From NCBI GenBank assembly GCA_965214935.1, contig CBDCCS010000022.1:128001-192000 (forward strand): 64,000 nucleotides of DNA, written 5' to 3'. The translations under genes and the position numbers were made by a program. Positions 30,441 to 38,980 of this stretch are shown here, one piece after another. Numbering within the stretch: the first letter of the stretch is position 1; each line of letters begins with the position of its first letter. This DNA is from Candidatus Velthaea sp. Lineage in GTDB: Bacteria; Vulcanimicrobiota; Vulcanimicrobiia; Vulcanimicrobiales; Vulcanimicrobiaceae. The notes beneath the pieces were generated by a model, which was not told where the DNA came from, did no database searches, and saw only the letters and a list, made by a program, of their open reading frames with translations.

Positions 30441-30787
30441 TGGGACGACCGAGGCTCGAACTCGGATGCCCTCTCGGGCGGCAGATTTTCTTACCACTCC
30501 GGCTTTCGCCGTCATCATCGGTCGATTCGGTCGATGATGTGCGTGGTCTGGACTGTGCCTTGACCGTATGTCGATACACGTAGGTCGCGCCCGTCCAGTC
30601 TCTACACCTTCGCGCCGTCGCATCGCTCGTCGAGCGGTGTGCCGGACGCGCTTGGCTCGGCGTTGTCATGCACACGCGCATTCATGTGCGAAGAGTTCAC
30701 CGACTTTGAGCGCATCCCGATCGTCGTTTCCGGGCGATCGGCTCATTGCTGCAAGTCTGCTGTGTCTGCCAATTCCACCATCATCCC
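30441..30787 (-). tRNA. trnL-UAA: tRNA-Leu(UAA), intron-split (exons 30787-30753 and 30489-30441)
   Basis: Joined exons give acceptor stem GGGAUGA/UCGUCCC plus A73, D arm UGGUGGAAUUGGCAGACAC, anticodon arm GCAGA-CUUAAAA-UCUGC, long variable arm GCCC-GAGA-GGGC and T arm CCGAG-UUCGAGC-CUCGG; CCA not encoded. Confidence 0.95.
30490..30752 (-). ncRNA. group I self-splicing intron (IC3-like), 263 nt, no ORF
   Basis: Inserted after U34 and ends in G; P1 CUU/GAG; P3 GCGCUC/GGGCGC; P4 UCGGUG/CGCCGA; P7 GACUG/CAGUC; R-like GGUGUAGAGACUGGACGGG; S-like AAGGCACAGUCC; GAAA tetraloops. Confidence 0.93.
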
Positions 30788-30849
30788 ATGCGCGCAATCT
30801 TGGACTTCGGCGCCGATCGATCTTCTTTCGCAAGCCCGTTGCCGGATGG

Positions 30850-31794
30850 TCAGCCCGTTGCCGCGATCGGCGCTACGCGGTAGGCGCGATACTCCGCCGA
30901 ACGCAGATAGCCCGCGAGCAGATCCGCGTGAGATACGCGCAGGGTGTCCATGCCCAAGCGATCGCAGGCAACGTCGACGACGATTAAACCGGCGGGCAGA
31001 ATGTCGGCGCGCTGCGGCCGGATATGCGCCATCGTTCGCCGAGCGTCCAGATTGCGGGCGAGCAGATCGTCGATGAGGGCGCGGCGGTGCAGCCGGTCGA
31101 GCCGCACGCCGTCGCGCGCCGGATCGTGGGCGAACATTCCGGCCGCCGTAAACACCGTTCCCCCGACGGCGATAAGTTCGTCGAACGCAGCAAAGCCGGC
31201 CAGCGGAGCCAGGATTGCATCGACGTGCAGGCGGGCTTGCGTAACGAGCGCGGTCCGCGTCGGGACATCGAGCGCGCGTTGACCGAGCAGCGCGGGGAAA
31301 CGCTCCGATAGCCGGACGGCGCCGATTTCGAGCGAGATGGTTTGCTCGATTGCGTCGCGCTTGCCGACGGCGAGTTCGGTCGATCCGCCGCCGACATCGA
31401 GGACGCCGAAGCGCTCGCCGCCGGAGCTTGCCGACGTCGCTCCGGCAAAGGAATACGCGGCTTCCCGATCGCCGCTAATGATGCGTGGTGCAACGCCGGC
31501 AATCGCGGCGACCGCGTTGCCGAACGCGACCGCGTCGTCGGCGCGCCGAAGCGCGCTCGTTGCAATGACATCGAGCGTTGCGCCGTGCCCGCGAATCAGT
31601 TCGACGTAGTCGCGAATCGTCGTCAATGTAAAATCGGCAGCCGATGGATCGAGTTTGCCGTCCGGACCGAGGCCGCGCCCTAAGCGCGTGCCGACCGACT
31701 TTGCGACCACGACCGAAGCACGATCGAGAATTAACAAGCGGGTCGAGTTGGTACCGATCGAGATGAGCGCCGTACGCTCGGGCGCGCTACTAAT
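30850..31794 (-). CDS. ppx: Ppx/GppA exopolyphosphatase family protein (start uncertain)
   Basis: SIGTNSTRLL, TRLGRG, ATSALRRA, EAAYSF, LDVGGGSTE, GAVRLSE, RADILPAG; the first motif lies upstream of the first canonical start (31737). Confidence 0.9.
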   Translation of the reverse strand: MSSAPERTALISIGTNSTRLLILDRASVVVAKSVGTRLGRGLGPDGKLDPSAADFTLTTIRDYVELIRGHGATLDVIATSALRRADDAVAFGNAVAAIAGVAPRIISGDREAAYSFAGATSASSGGERFGVLDVGGGSTELAVGKRDAIEQTISLEIGAVRLSERFPALLGQRALDVPTRTALVTQARLHVDAILAPLAGFAAFDELIAVGGTVFTAAGMFAHDPARDGVRLDRLHRRALIDDLLARNLDARRTMAHIRPQRADILPAGLIVVDVACDRLGMDTLRVSHADLLAGYLRSAEYRAYRVAPIAATG

Positions 31795-32671
31795 AACGCT
31801 TGTTGGCGGTCGCCTCGCGCGTCCGTCGGATCATCTCGACTGAATTCTCGTAACCCGACAGCGCGACACCGACATACAATGTGTCGATGATCGTCAATTG
31901 GGCGATTCGACTCGAGCTTGCATCGCTGCGAAACGCGGTTTGCTTCGCGGCGGTGAATAATTTGATATCGGCGACTTTGGTGATCGGCGATGTCGAACGG
32001 TGCGTGATGCAGATCGTCGTAGCGCCGTTGCGTTGTGCGTTCGCTAAGGCATCCGTAACATCACGCGAGGCACCCGTGTGCGAAATGCCTAACGCAACGT
32101 CGCCTTTTTGCAGCAACGACGACGACATGGCCATCATATCGCCGTCCGACAGCGCGACGACCGCAATTCCTAATTTGAGAAACTTGTGATACGCATCGAT
32201 CGCCAGCGGGTTCGATCCGCCGACGCCGTAGACTTCGACGCGCCGCGCCGTCGCGATCGCCCGGACGGCAAGTTCGAGTTCTGCATCGGTCAGTACTTCG
32301 ATCGTGTCGCGCAATGCTTGAGCGTTTGCCTGGAACACTTTCGTCTTAATGACTTGGAGCGAATCGCCCGGTTCGATAGCGGCGTAAATCGCGTTCGTCG
32401 GCTCGACGAGATCGCGCGCGAGCATGATCTTAAACTCTTGATAACCTTTGTAACCGATTTTTTGACACAAACGGACGACGGTCGATTCACTCGTGTTCGT
32501 CTTTTCCGCAAGCTCCGTCACGGTAAGATAAATTAACTCGTCGGGATGTTTGAGAATGAAGTCGGCGACGCGCTGTTCGGCGGTCCGGAGCGACGAGTAT
32601 GTCCCCTGAATGCGTACGAAGCTGCCGGGGACTTTAACTGGCTCAACTCTTACATCGGTCATTTCGAACAC
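31790..32671 (-). CDS. MurR/RpiR-family transcriptional regulator (HTH + SIS)
   Basis: TSESTVVRLCQKIGYKGYQEFK, YGVGGS, ISHTG, SRIAQLTIIDTL motifs. Confidence 0.93.
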   Translation of the reverse strand: MFEMTDVRVEPVKVPGSFVRIQGTYSSLRTAEQRVADFILKHPDELIYLTVTELAEKTNTSESTVVRLCQKIGYKGYQEFKIMLARDLVEPTNAIYAAIEPGDSLQVIKTKVFQANAQALRDTIEVLTDAELELAVRAIATARRVEVYGVGGSNPLAIDAYHKFLKLGIAVVALSDGDMMAMSSSLLQKGDVALGISHTGASRDVTDALANAQRNGATTICITHRSTSPITKVADIKLFTAAKQTAFRSDASSSRIAQLTIIDTLYVGVALSGYENSVEMIRRTREATANKRY

Positions 32672-32682
32672 GCTTCGCCAGC

Positions 32683-33075
32683 CTAGCTAGCGTCGCCTCG
32701 AAAGAACTTTGCACGCTGCGTCTTGCGAAATAAATGACGCTCGAACGGTTGCGGCCGGTCGGGCGGCGCCCAGTCTTCGGTCGACTTGAGATATTCGTTG
32801 ATCTGTGCCTCAAAGTCGGGATCGTTGATGATCGGCACTGGTCCGGGCGGCGGCAATGGTTCGTCAGCTCGAGTTTTCGCAAGTACCAGCATTCTTCCGA
32901 TGAGGTCGAACGGCAATGTCGTCCCGCGCGCTTCGAGCGCTCGCGTATAAGCAGCACGATTCGCGTTTACCTCCGCGATGGAGACCGCTACAAGGCGCCC
33001 GTCCTCAAGACGCACGGTCGCTCCAAGTGCGTGCACGTTGATCACCGTGCCGCGAACGCGTTCAGGGTCGGTCAT
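32683..33075 (-). CDS. hypothetical protein with an S1-like N-terminal domain
   Basis: VRGTVINVHALGATVRLEDGRLVAVSIAEV resembles an S1 domain; C-terminal FEAQINEYLKSTE; follows ftsB/divIC as yabR does in Firmicutes. Confidence 0.6.
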   Translation of the reverse strand: MTDPERVRGTVINVHALGATVRLEDGRLVAVSIAEVNANRAAYTRALEARGTTLPFDLIGRMLVLAKTRADEPLPPPGPVPIINDPDFEAQINEYLKSTEDWAPPDRPQPFERHLFRKTQRAKFFRGDAS

Positions 33076-33367
33076 GATGTTTTAGGTAAATGATCGTTTC
33101 GCGATCGCGTACGAGATGCAAGCGGTCGTGAATCTCCGGGATGGCACCGAGCGGATCGGACAGACGGCGAATTTCACGATCTTGTTCGGCGCGTTTGGCT
33201 TCGAGCCGCAGCACGTCGCTTTGCGTCGCGCCTAATTGCTCGGCCAACGCGAGGTTCTTATCGATGATTCGAACGTACTGCAGTCCGACGACGGCAAAGA
33301 ACGTGCCGACGAGCACGACGACGGTGATGCGACGCGACAGCCGAAGCGCGAATCGCATGCGGTTCAC
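33062..33367 (-). CDS. ftsB: septum formation initiator (FtsB/DivIC family)
   Basis: Single TM, coiled coil, LSDP...IHDRLHLVRDRETII. Confidence 0.75.
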   Translation of the reverse strand: MNRMRFALRLSRRITVVVLVGTFFAVVGLQYVRIIDKNLALAEQLGATQSDVLRLEAKRAEQDREIRRLSDPLGAIPEIHDRLHLVRDRETIIYLKHHDRP

Positions 33368-34308
33368 GCGTTGCCGATCCGCCGAAACTTCGCGTACCGC
33401 CGATCGAGCAGCGCGCCGGTCGATTCGTGCAAGATCGTGTCGATCGCCGCGCCGACGGCTTCGAGCACCGTCGCGATCGTCCGCGGACCATCGCGATGGG
33501 CACCGCCGAGCGGTTCGGGTATCACTTGGTCGACGATACCGAACTCGCGCAGGTCATCGCTGGTCAGGCGTAAGCGTGCCGCGGCTTCATCGGCTTTCGA
33601 GGCGTCACCCCAAAGAATTGCCGCCGCACCTTCGGGCGATGCAACGGAGTAGACGCTATGCTCGAGCATCATCACGTGGTCGGCCAGGGCCAGCGCAAGT
33701 GCACCACCGCTGCCGCCCTCACCGATGATCGTCGCGACGACGGGTGTCGGGACATCGGCAAACGTCGCGAGCGTCGCGGCGATCGCTTCCGATTGCGCGC
33801 GTTCTTCAGAGCCGATCCCCGGATCCGCTCCCGACGTGTCGACGAACGTAACGACCGGCATACGCAGATGGCCCGCGAGCTTGACTAGGCGCTGCACTTT
33901 GCGGTAGCCCTCGGGCGCCGCCGAACCAAAGTTACGGCGGACTTTATCTTTAAAATCGCGGCCTTTTTCCTGCGCGATTACCATTACACGCCGGCCGCCG
34001 AGTTTCGCGAAACCGGCAATGATTGCAAGGTCATCGCGGAAATGCCGATCGCCGTGCAGTTCGTCGAATTGATCGAGCGCCGCGATATAATCACTACCGA
34101 TCGGACGCTTCGGATGGCGCGCCATATTCACGCGCTGCCACGGCGTCATCGCGCCGAACGTTTCGCGTAGGATCTCGGCGTATTTGGCTTCGATTGCCGC
34201 AATCTCGACCGACAGATCAATCCGCTGATCGGCGCTGTGCCGGCGCAAATCGGCGATGCGCTCTTCGAGTTCGAGCAGTCCTTTTTCGCGTTCGACGATA
34301 ACGTTCAT
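33364..34308 (-). CDS. accA: acetyl-CoA carboxylase carboxyltransferase alpha subunit
   Basis: PWQRVNMARHPKRP, ELHGDR, RNFG..PEGYRK, EERAQSEAIA, IGEGGSGGAL motifs. Confidence 0.97.
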   Translation of the reverse strand: MNVIVEREKGLLELEERIADLRRHSADQRIDLSVEIAAIEAKYAEILRETFGAMTPWQRVNMARHPKRPIGSDYIAALDQFDELHGDRHFRDDLAIIAGFAKLGGRRVMVIAQEKGRDFKDKVRRNFGSAAPEGYRKVQRLVKLAGHLRMPVVTFVDTSGADPGIGSEERAQSEAIAATLATFADVPTPVVATIIGEGGSGGALALALADHVMMLEHSVYSVASPEGAAAILWGDASKADEAAARLRLTSDDLREFGIVDQVIPEPLGGAHRDGPRTIATVLEAVGAAIDTILHESTGALLDRRYAKFRRIGNA

Positions 34309-35210
34309 GCCGGCGCTTCTTCGGGCGTGACGCGCGCATGCGACGAACGGCCGTTACTCGAGCGGACGGAGATCGTTGCAGCCGAACCGTAGTCAAGCAA
34401 GCGGATGAGGGCATCGCGCAATTCGGTCCGCTTGACCACCATGTCGATCGCGCCTTTCTCAAGTAAGAATTCCGCAGTCTGAAAATTGTCGGGCAACTTT
34501 TGCCGGATGGTTTGTTCGATCACGCGGCGTCCGGCAAAGCCGATCGATGCTTTTGCTTCAGCGACGATTACATCGGCTTGAAACGCAAATGAGGCCGAAA
34601 CACCGCCTGTCGTCGGGTCGGTCAACACGCTGATATAAAAGTTTCCGGCGCTTATAAAGCGCCGAACCGCAAGCGTCGTCTTGGCCATTTGCATGAGCGC
34701 AAGCATGCCTTCTTCCATGCGCGCGCCGCCGGAGGCGGTACAGATAATACACGGCACTTTCCGCCGCCGGGCTTGCTCGAACAAAAGCGCGATGCGTTCG
34801 CCGACGACCGTCCCCATCGTACCGCCGCGAAAATTAAAGTCCATCACGCCTAGCGCGACGCTAAAGCCGCCGATCGCGCCGAACCCGCACACGATGCCTT
34901 CAGAGAGATGCGACTTTTCGCGGTCGCGTTCGAGTTTCTGCGGATAAGGGACTTTATCAACCCAATTGAGCGGATCGCCGGGCAACAGATCGCTTCCGAT
35001 CTCGACGAAATCCGAATCGATGAGCATGTTGATTCGATCGAATGCGTGCATCCGAAAATGCTGGCCGCAGTTTTTGCAAACGTACAGCGCCGCGGCTAAA
35101 TCCGGCCGGTACAACATCTCGCCGCACTTCGGACACTTCGTCCATTGCGCGGCATCTTCACCCGAGGGAACATCGTCACGGCGAATCCGCAGCCATTCCG
35201 GCATCGGCAC
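34305..35210 (-). CDS. accD: acetyl-CoA carboxylase carboxyltransferase beta subunit
   Basis: WTKCPKC...CKNC zinc finger; GGTMGTVVGE, SGGARMEEG, PTTGGVSASFA, GFAGRRVIEQTI motifs. Confidence 0.97.
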   Translation of the reverse strand: MPMPEWLRIRRDDVPSGEDAAQWTKCPKCGEMLYRPDLAAALYVCKNCGQHFRMHAFDRINMLIDSDFVEIGSDLLPGDPLNWVDKVPYPQKLERDREKSHLSEGIVCGFGAIGGFSVALGVMDFNFRGGTMGTVVGERIALLFEQARRRKVPCIICTASGGARMEEGMLALMQMAKTTLAVRRFISAGNFYISVLTDPTTGGVSASFAFQADVIVAEAKASIGFAGRRVIEQTIRQKLPDNFQTAEFLLEKGAIDMVVKRTELRDALIRLLDYGSAATISVRSSNGRSSHARVTPEEAPA

Positions 35211-35947
35211 TACGAACGACCGCTCAGGCGGCCGCGATAAATGCGTGCGAGTTGGCGCAGATAGTTAAAGATCTCATTCCCATTGAGTTTCGACGTTCCG
35301 GCAACACGATCGGTAAAGACGTACGGTACCTCGACAGCCCGCTCGTAGCGCGCTTTCGCAATGACTTCAAGCCCGATCTTGAAACCGATCGGGTCGAGCT
35401 CGACGCCGGTGATGGCGCGGCGGCGCACTAAAAAATAGCCTGATGTAATATCACGTACTGCGGTGAGCGGCTTGGCTAGTGCGATGGCCACGAGCGATGT
35501 AACTTTGCGTTGCACCGGCCAGTCTTCAATGCCGCCGCCGGCGACATATCGCGACCCGATCGCAAGGTCGTAGCCGTTGGCCAAGGCGTGCACCATCTTC
35601 GGGATGATCGTTGCGTCGTGCGAGAAGTCGGCGTCCATGGCACCTAACGCATCGGAATCCGCTCGGGCGAACTTCCAGCCGTCGATGACGCCGCTCGATA
35701 ATCCCATTTTGCCGGGCCGATGCAGACAGCGCACCGGATACTTCTCGGCCGCCAGCCGTTCGACGATATCACCGGTGCCGTCCGGCGAATTATCATCGAC
35801 GACGACGATTTCGCCGTCGAGCGAATTCTTTGTGAACACGTCGTTGAGCGTCACAATAAGGCGCTCGATTCCGCCGGCCTCTTTGTATGTCGGAACGACG
35901 ATCGAGAACTTCAACGCAGCCGGTGCGGCGGTCGGCGATTCGGTCAC
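35210..35947 (-). CDS. GT2 glycosyltransferase (polyprenol monophosphomannose synthase-like)
   Basis: VVPTYKE, VVDDNSPDGTG, MDADFSH, GSRYVAGG, EVPYVFTDR motifs. Confidence 0.9.
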   Translation of the reverse strand: MTESPTAAPAALKFSIVVPTYKEAGGIERLIVTLNDVFTKNSLDGEIVVVDDNSPDGTGDIVERLAAEKYPVRCLHRPGKMGLSSGVIDGWKFARADSDALGAMDADFSHDATIIPKMVHALANGYDLAIGSRYVAGGGIEDWPVQRKVTSLVAIALAKPLTAVRDITSGYFLVRRRAITGVELDPIGFKIGLEVIAKARYERAVEVPYVFTDRVAGTSKLNGNEIFNYLRQLARIYRGRLSGRS

Positions 35948-36225
35948 GTCAGGAGATGTACCGTGGGAAAGCGTGATGCGTCAAATTTTGCCAAGCTATC
36001 GTAGGCGCTTACTTCGGTGCTGAGCAGCGTCACGCCGGCTTCATCAACCGTGGCAACTTCGGCTGCGGGCAGCGCGACGTCTTCAGCGCGCGCGGCCCAA
36101 TGAACGACGAGTAATTCAGCTTGGCGCGAGTTATCCGCAGCGTAGACCGAGCGAACCTCGCCGACGCGGACGTCGCCAACGAACACCGGCGTTCCGGAAA
36201 GAAGCGATTCTAACGTATGTGCCAT
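35944..36225 (-). CDS. small hypothetical protein (PRC-barrel-like)
   Basis: GTPVFVGDVRVGEV...VALPAAEVATVDEAGVTL; GTGA overlap with the GT2 gene. Confidence 0.55.
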   Translation of the reverse strand: MAHTLESLLSGTPVFVGDVRVGEVRSVYAADNSRQAELLVVHWAARAEDVALPAAEVATVDEAGVTLLSTEVSAYDSLAKFDASRFPTVHLLT

Positions 36226-36342
36226 TAACGAACGGAGAGTTTACGCCTCAACGTGACGCTTTCCCGTGCTCAGCGTATTCTTTGCGCGCGTTCTTGTCCG
36301 ACATTGCGCAAGCATGAATCGCGCGAAGCCGAAAGCCGTGGC

Positions 36343-37395
36343 GTGCCTCTACCGCCGAATGCGCGCCAATGGACGTTACTCGTCGCTGCTTCGGTCGCCT
36401 TAGCGTGGCTGCTCGAACGGGCGGCGTTTCCCGCCGCGCTGTTACTGGGCCCGATGATCGCCGCTATCGGCACTGCGGCCGGCGGCGCGCGATTGCGGAT
36501 TCCGCGACCCGCTTTCATCGGCGCCCAGTCGATCGTCGGCTGCCTCGTCGCGCGGGCAATAACCGCTCCGATCGTCGCATCGATCGTAAACGACTGGGCC
36601 GTCATGCTGGCCGTCGTCGTCAGTACGGTCGCGGCCGGAGCGGCAGTCGGCTTCATCCTCACTCGCTTCGGCGCACTTCCCGGCAGCACGGCGGCATGGG
36701 GCTCGTCACCGGGCGGAGCGTCGGCGATGGTCGCAATGTCCGAAGCATTCGGCGCGGACGTGCGGCTCGTTGCATTCATGCAATATTTGCGGGTGATCGT
36801 CGTGGTCGTCACCGCCTCGCTGGTCGCCCGGCTTTTGACCGGCGGCACGCCCGGCACGCATACCTCCGCCGTCATCGCACCAGCCGCCCGGCTTTTCGGC
36901 GCCGTTTCCATCGGCGAAACGCTTTTGCTGGCCGCCGGCGGTGCGTGGCTGGGCGGGCGGTTGAAGGTTCCGGCCGGCGCGTTGCTCGTACCGATGACGC
37001 TCGGCGCGGTGCTACACGCAACCGGCGCGATGGCGATTAGCTTACCCGAACCGCTGCTCGGGCTTGCCTATGCCGCCATCGGCTGGTACGTCGGCTTGCA
37101 GTTCACGCGCGATACATTGAGGCATGCGTTGCGCGCCGTTCCGCAACTGCTCGCGGGAACGCTGCTGCTCATCGGTTTGTGCATGATCTCGGCCTGGCTG
37201 CTGCACCGGACGCTGGGGACCGATCCACTCAGCGCCTACCTGGCGACGAGTCCGGGCGGCTTAGACTCGGTCACGATCATCGCGGTCGGCAGCGGGGTCA
37301 ACATCCCGCTCGTCCTTGCCGTTCAAGCTCTGCGCATCTTCATCGTCATTCTTAGCGGACCGGCGCTGGCAAAGCTCATCACCCGCTACGCATGA
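36343..37395 (+). CDS. AbrB (AidB regulator / putative ammonia monooxygenase-like) membrane protein
   Basis: PAALLLGPM, WGSSPGGASAMVAMSEAFGAD, MQYLRV, YLATSPGG duplicated halves; start uncertain. Confidence 0.85.
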   Translation: MPLPPNARQWTLLVAASVALAWLLERAAFPAALLLGPMIAAIGTAAGGARLRIPRPAFIGAQSIVGCLVARAITAPIVASIVNDWAVMLAVVVSTVAAGAAVGFILTRFGALPGSTAAWGSSPGGASAMVAMSEAFGADVRLVAFMQYLRVIVVVVTASLVARLLTGGTPGTHTSAVIAPAARLFGAVSIGETLLLAAGGAWLGGRLKVPAGALLVPMTLGAVLHATGAMAISLPEPLLGLAYAAIGWYVGLQFTRDTLRHALRAVPQLLAGTLLLIGLCMISAWLLHRTLGTDPLSAYLATSPGGLDSVTIIAVGSGVNIPLVLAVQALRIFIVILSGPALAKLITRYA

Positions 37396-38133
37396 CTATA
37401 ATTCGCCGCGCGCGTACAGAAGCGCCGCGAGAACGACGAGCGCCGCCGTCTCGGTACGCAAAATGCGGCGTCCGAGCGACAGCGAGACCGCTCCGGCAGC
37501 AACCGCCGCCTCGACTTCAGCGGCCGAAAAACCGCCTTCGGGCCCGATGATGATGAGCGCGCTGCTCGCCGCGCGCAGTTCCGGCTCGAAGCGTTCCCGC
37601 AGGGGCAGCGGATCGGCAAGCTCCCACGCAATATACACTCGCTCGAAGGCAGGAAAGATCGGCAACAACTCGCTCCAGCCGACGATCGGACCCACATCGG
37701 GGACGTGCGTCCGGCCGCATTGTTGCGCCGCTGTTTTCGCGATGCGCTGCCAGCGCTCGTGTTTGCGATCGCCGGTGCGCTCGCCGATCACGCGGTCGCT
37801 GCGCAGCGGCACGATTCCCGCGACGCCGAGTTCCGTCGCTTTCTCGACGATGTAGTCCATTTTTTGCGCCTTGGGAAGCGCTTGGGCTACGACGGTGCGC
37901 AGCGTGCTCTCGCGTTCCGCCCGCTCCATGGCGTCCGCAAGACGGGCGTGAACCGCCTTGCCGTCGATTTCCAGGATCGCCGCGAACGCGGTGCCGCCGC
38001 TGTCGACAAGCACCACGCGGTCACCGTCGTCCCGGCGTAGCACCGTCACGAGTTTTCGCGCATCGTCAGCGGCCAGCGACACGCGCTCGCCGACGGCATG
38101 AACGCCCTCGATGAAAAAGCGATCGCGCGGCAT
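37396..38133 (-). CDS. rsmE: 16S rRNA (uracil1498-N3)-methyltransferase
   Basis: KMDYIVEKATELGV, AAQQCGR, IGPEGGFS, LGRRILRTETA motifs. Confidence 0.95.
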   Translation of the reverse strand: MPRDRFFIEGVHAVGERVSLAADDARKLVTVLRRDDGDRVVLVDSGGTAFAAILEIDGKAVHARLADAMERAERESTLRTVVAQALPKAQKMDYIVEKATELGVAGIVPLRSDRVIGERTGDRKHERWQRIAKTAAQQCGRTHVPDVGPIVGWSELLPIFPAFERVYIAWELADPLPLRERFEPELRAASSALIIIGPEGGFSAAEVEAAVAAGAVSLSLGRRILRTETAALVVLAALLYARGEL

Positions 38134-38194
38134 ACGACGCAGTTTTAGACCGCCGCACCGGAACACCCGCCCGGGTGTTGAATACCCGATTTCC

Positions 38195-38980
38195 GTGATC
38201 GGCTTGTTACTAGCGGTGCTCACGCCGCTCTTCGTTCCGGCGACGCCGGTGCCGTCGCCGTTGCCCGAGATCGGCCGCGTCCGGTCGAATGCATTATGTA
38301 CGACCGTGCGCCAAAACGTAGCGCCGGCAGTGCTCGGGCTGATGCGCAACGATGAGATCATCGGTGCCGGTCACCGCGCGTTTGCGAAAATGTCGCGCGA
38401 TGCAGCCGGTACATCGAGTGCGTCGATCGAGATCGACAAGCTGTACCTCGAACAAATCGAAACGCGCTTGGTTCACAATTTGAGCGTCATCGACCGCAAA
38501 CTTGGCGACGTCAAGCACTTTCCGGTTGTCGCGCAGAGCGACGACGAGCAAGATGCCGATGCGCTCAAAAAACAACTGCTCGCCGTTGCGGCCGAACAGC
38601 GCAAAGCACTCAATCTCATTTCCGGAACGCTCGCAACGGAGTCGCTGGGGCAGATGCGTAACGACATTGCCGGCGCTACGATGCAAAACTCGCTGCAGCC
38701 GCCGTCAAGTCAGCCGCAGGCGGCCGCAACCGCCGACCCGACATCCTTTATCGGCGTTGCCGGCTTACCGGATTTCGCGCCGGTCGCAGCATTTTCGAAG
38801 ACGGCGAAGCTCTCCAACCTTGCCGGTCACACGGTGTTCGATCAGGTCGCGCTACAGCTTGAAGACACCCAAGCGACCATCGCGCATCACGAAAATGTCG
38901 CAACTGAAACAGTTATTCGAACGGCCGAACAATGCCGCGCGGTCGTCGTGCCGAGTCCGGCTCCGTCCTCAAGCCCCTAG
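38195..38980 (+). CDS. secreted hypothetical protein
   Basis: Hydrophobic N-terminus, ATPVPSPLPEIGRVRSNALC..., Cys near each end; sits on the opposite strand between the oxygenase gene and rsmE. Confidence 0.65.
   Translation: MIGLLLAVLTPLFVPATPVPSPLPEIGRVRSNALCTTVRQNVAPAVLGLMRNDEIIGAGHRAFAKMSRDAAGTSSASIEIDKLYLEQIETRLVHNLSVIDRKLGDVKHFPVVAQSDDEQDADALKKQLLAVAAEQRKALNLISGTLATESLGQMRNDIAGATMQNSLQPPSSQPQAAATADPTSFIGVAGLPDFAPVAAFSKTAKLSNLAGHTVFDQVALQLEDTQATIAHHENVATETVIRTAEQCRAVVVPSPAPSSSP

Noticed and set aside
30376..31076. ORFs overlapping the intron as a homing endonuclease
   Set aside because: They cross exon boundaries and lack LAGLIDADG, HNH, GIY-YIG or PD-(D/E)xK motifs; the 263-nt intron is fully accounted for by ribozyme helices
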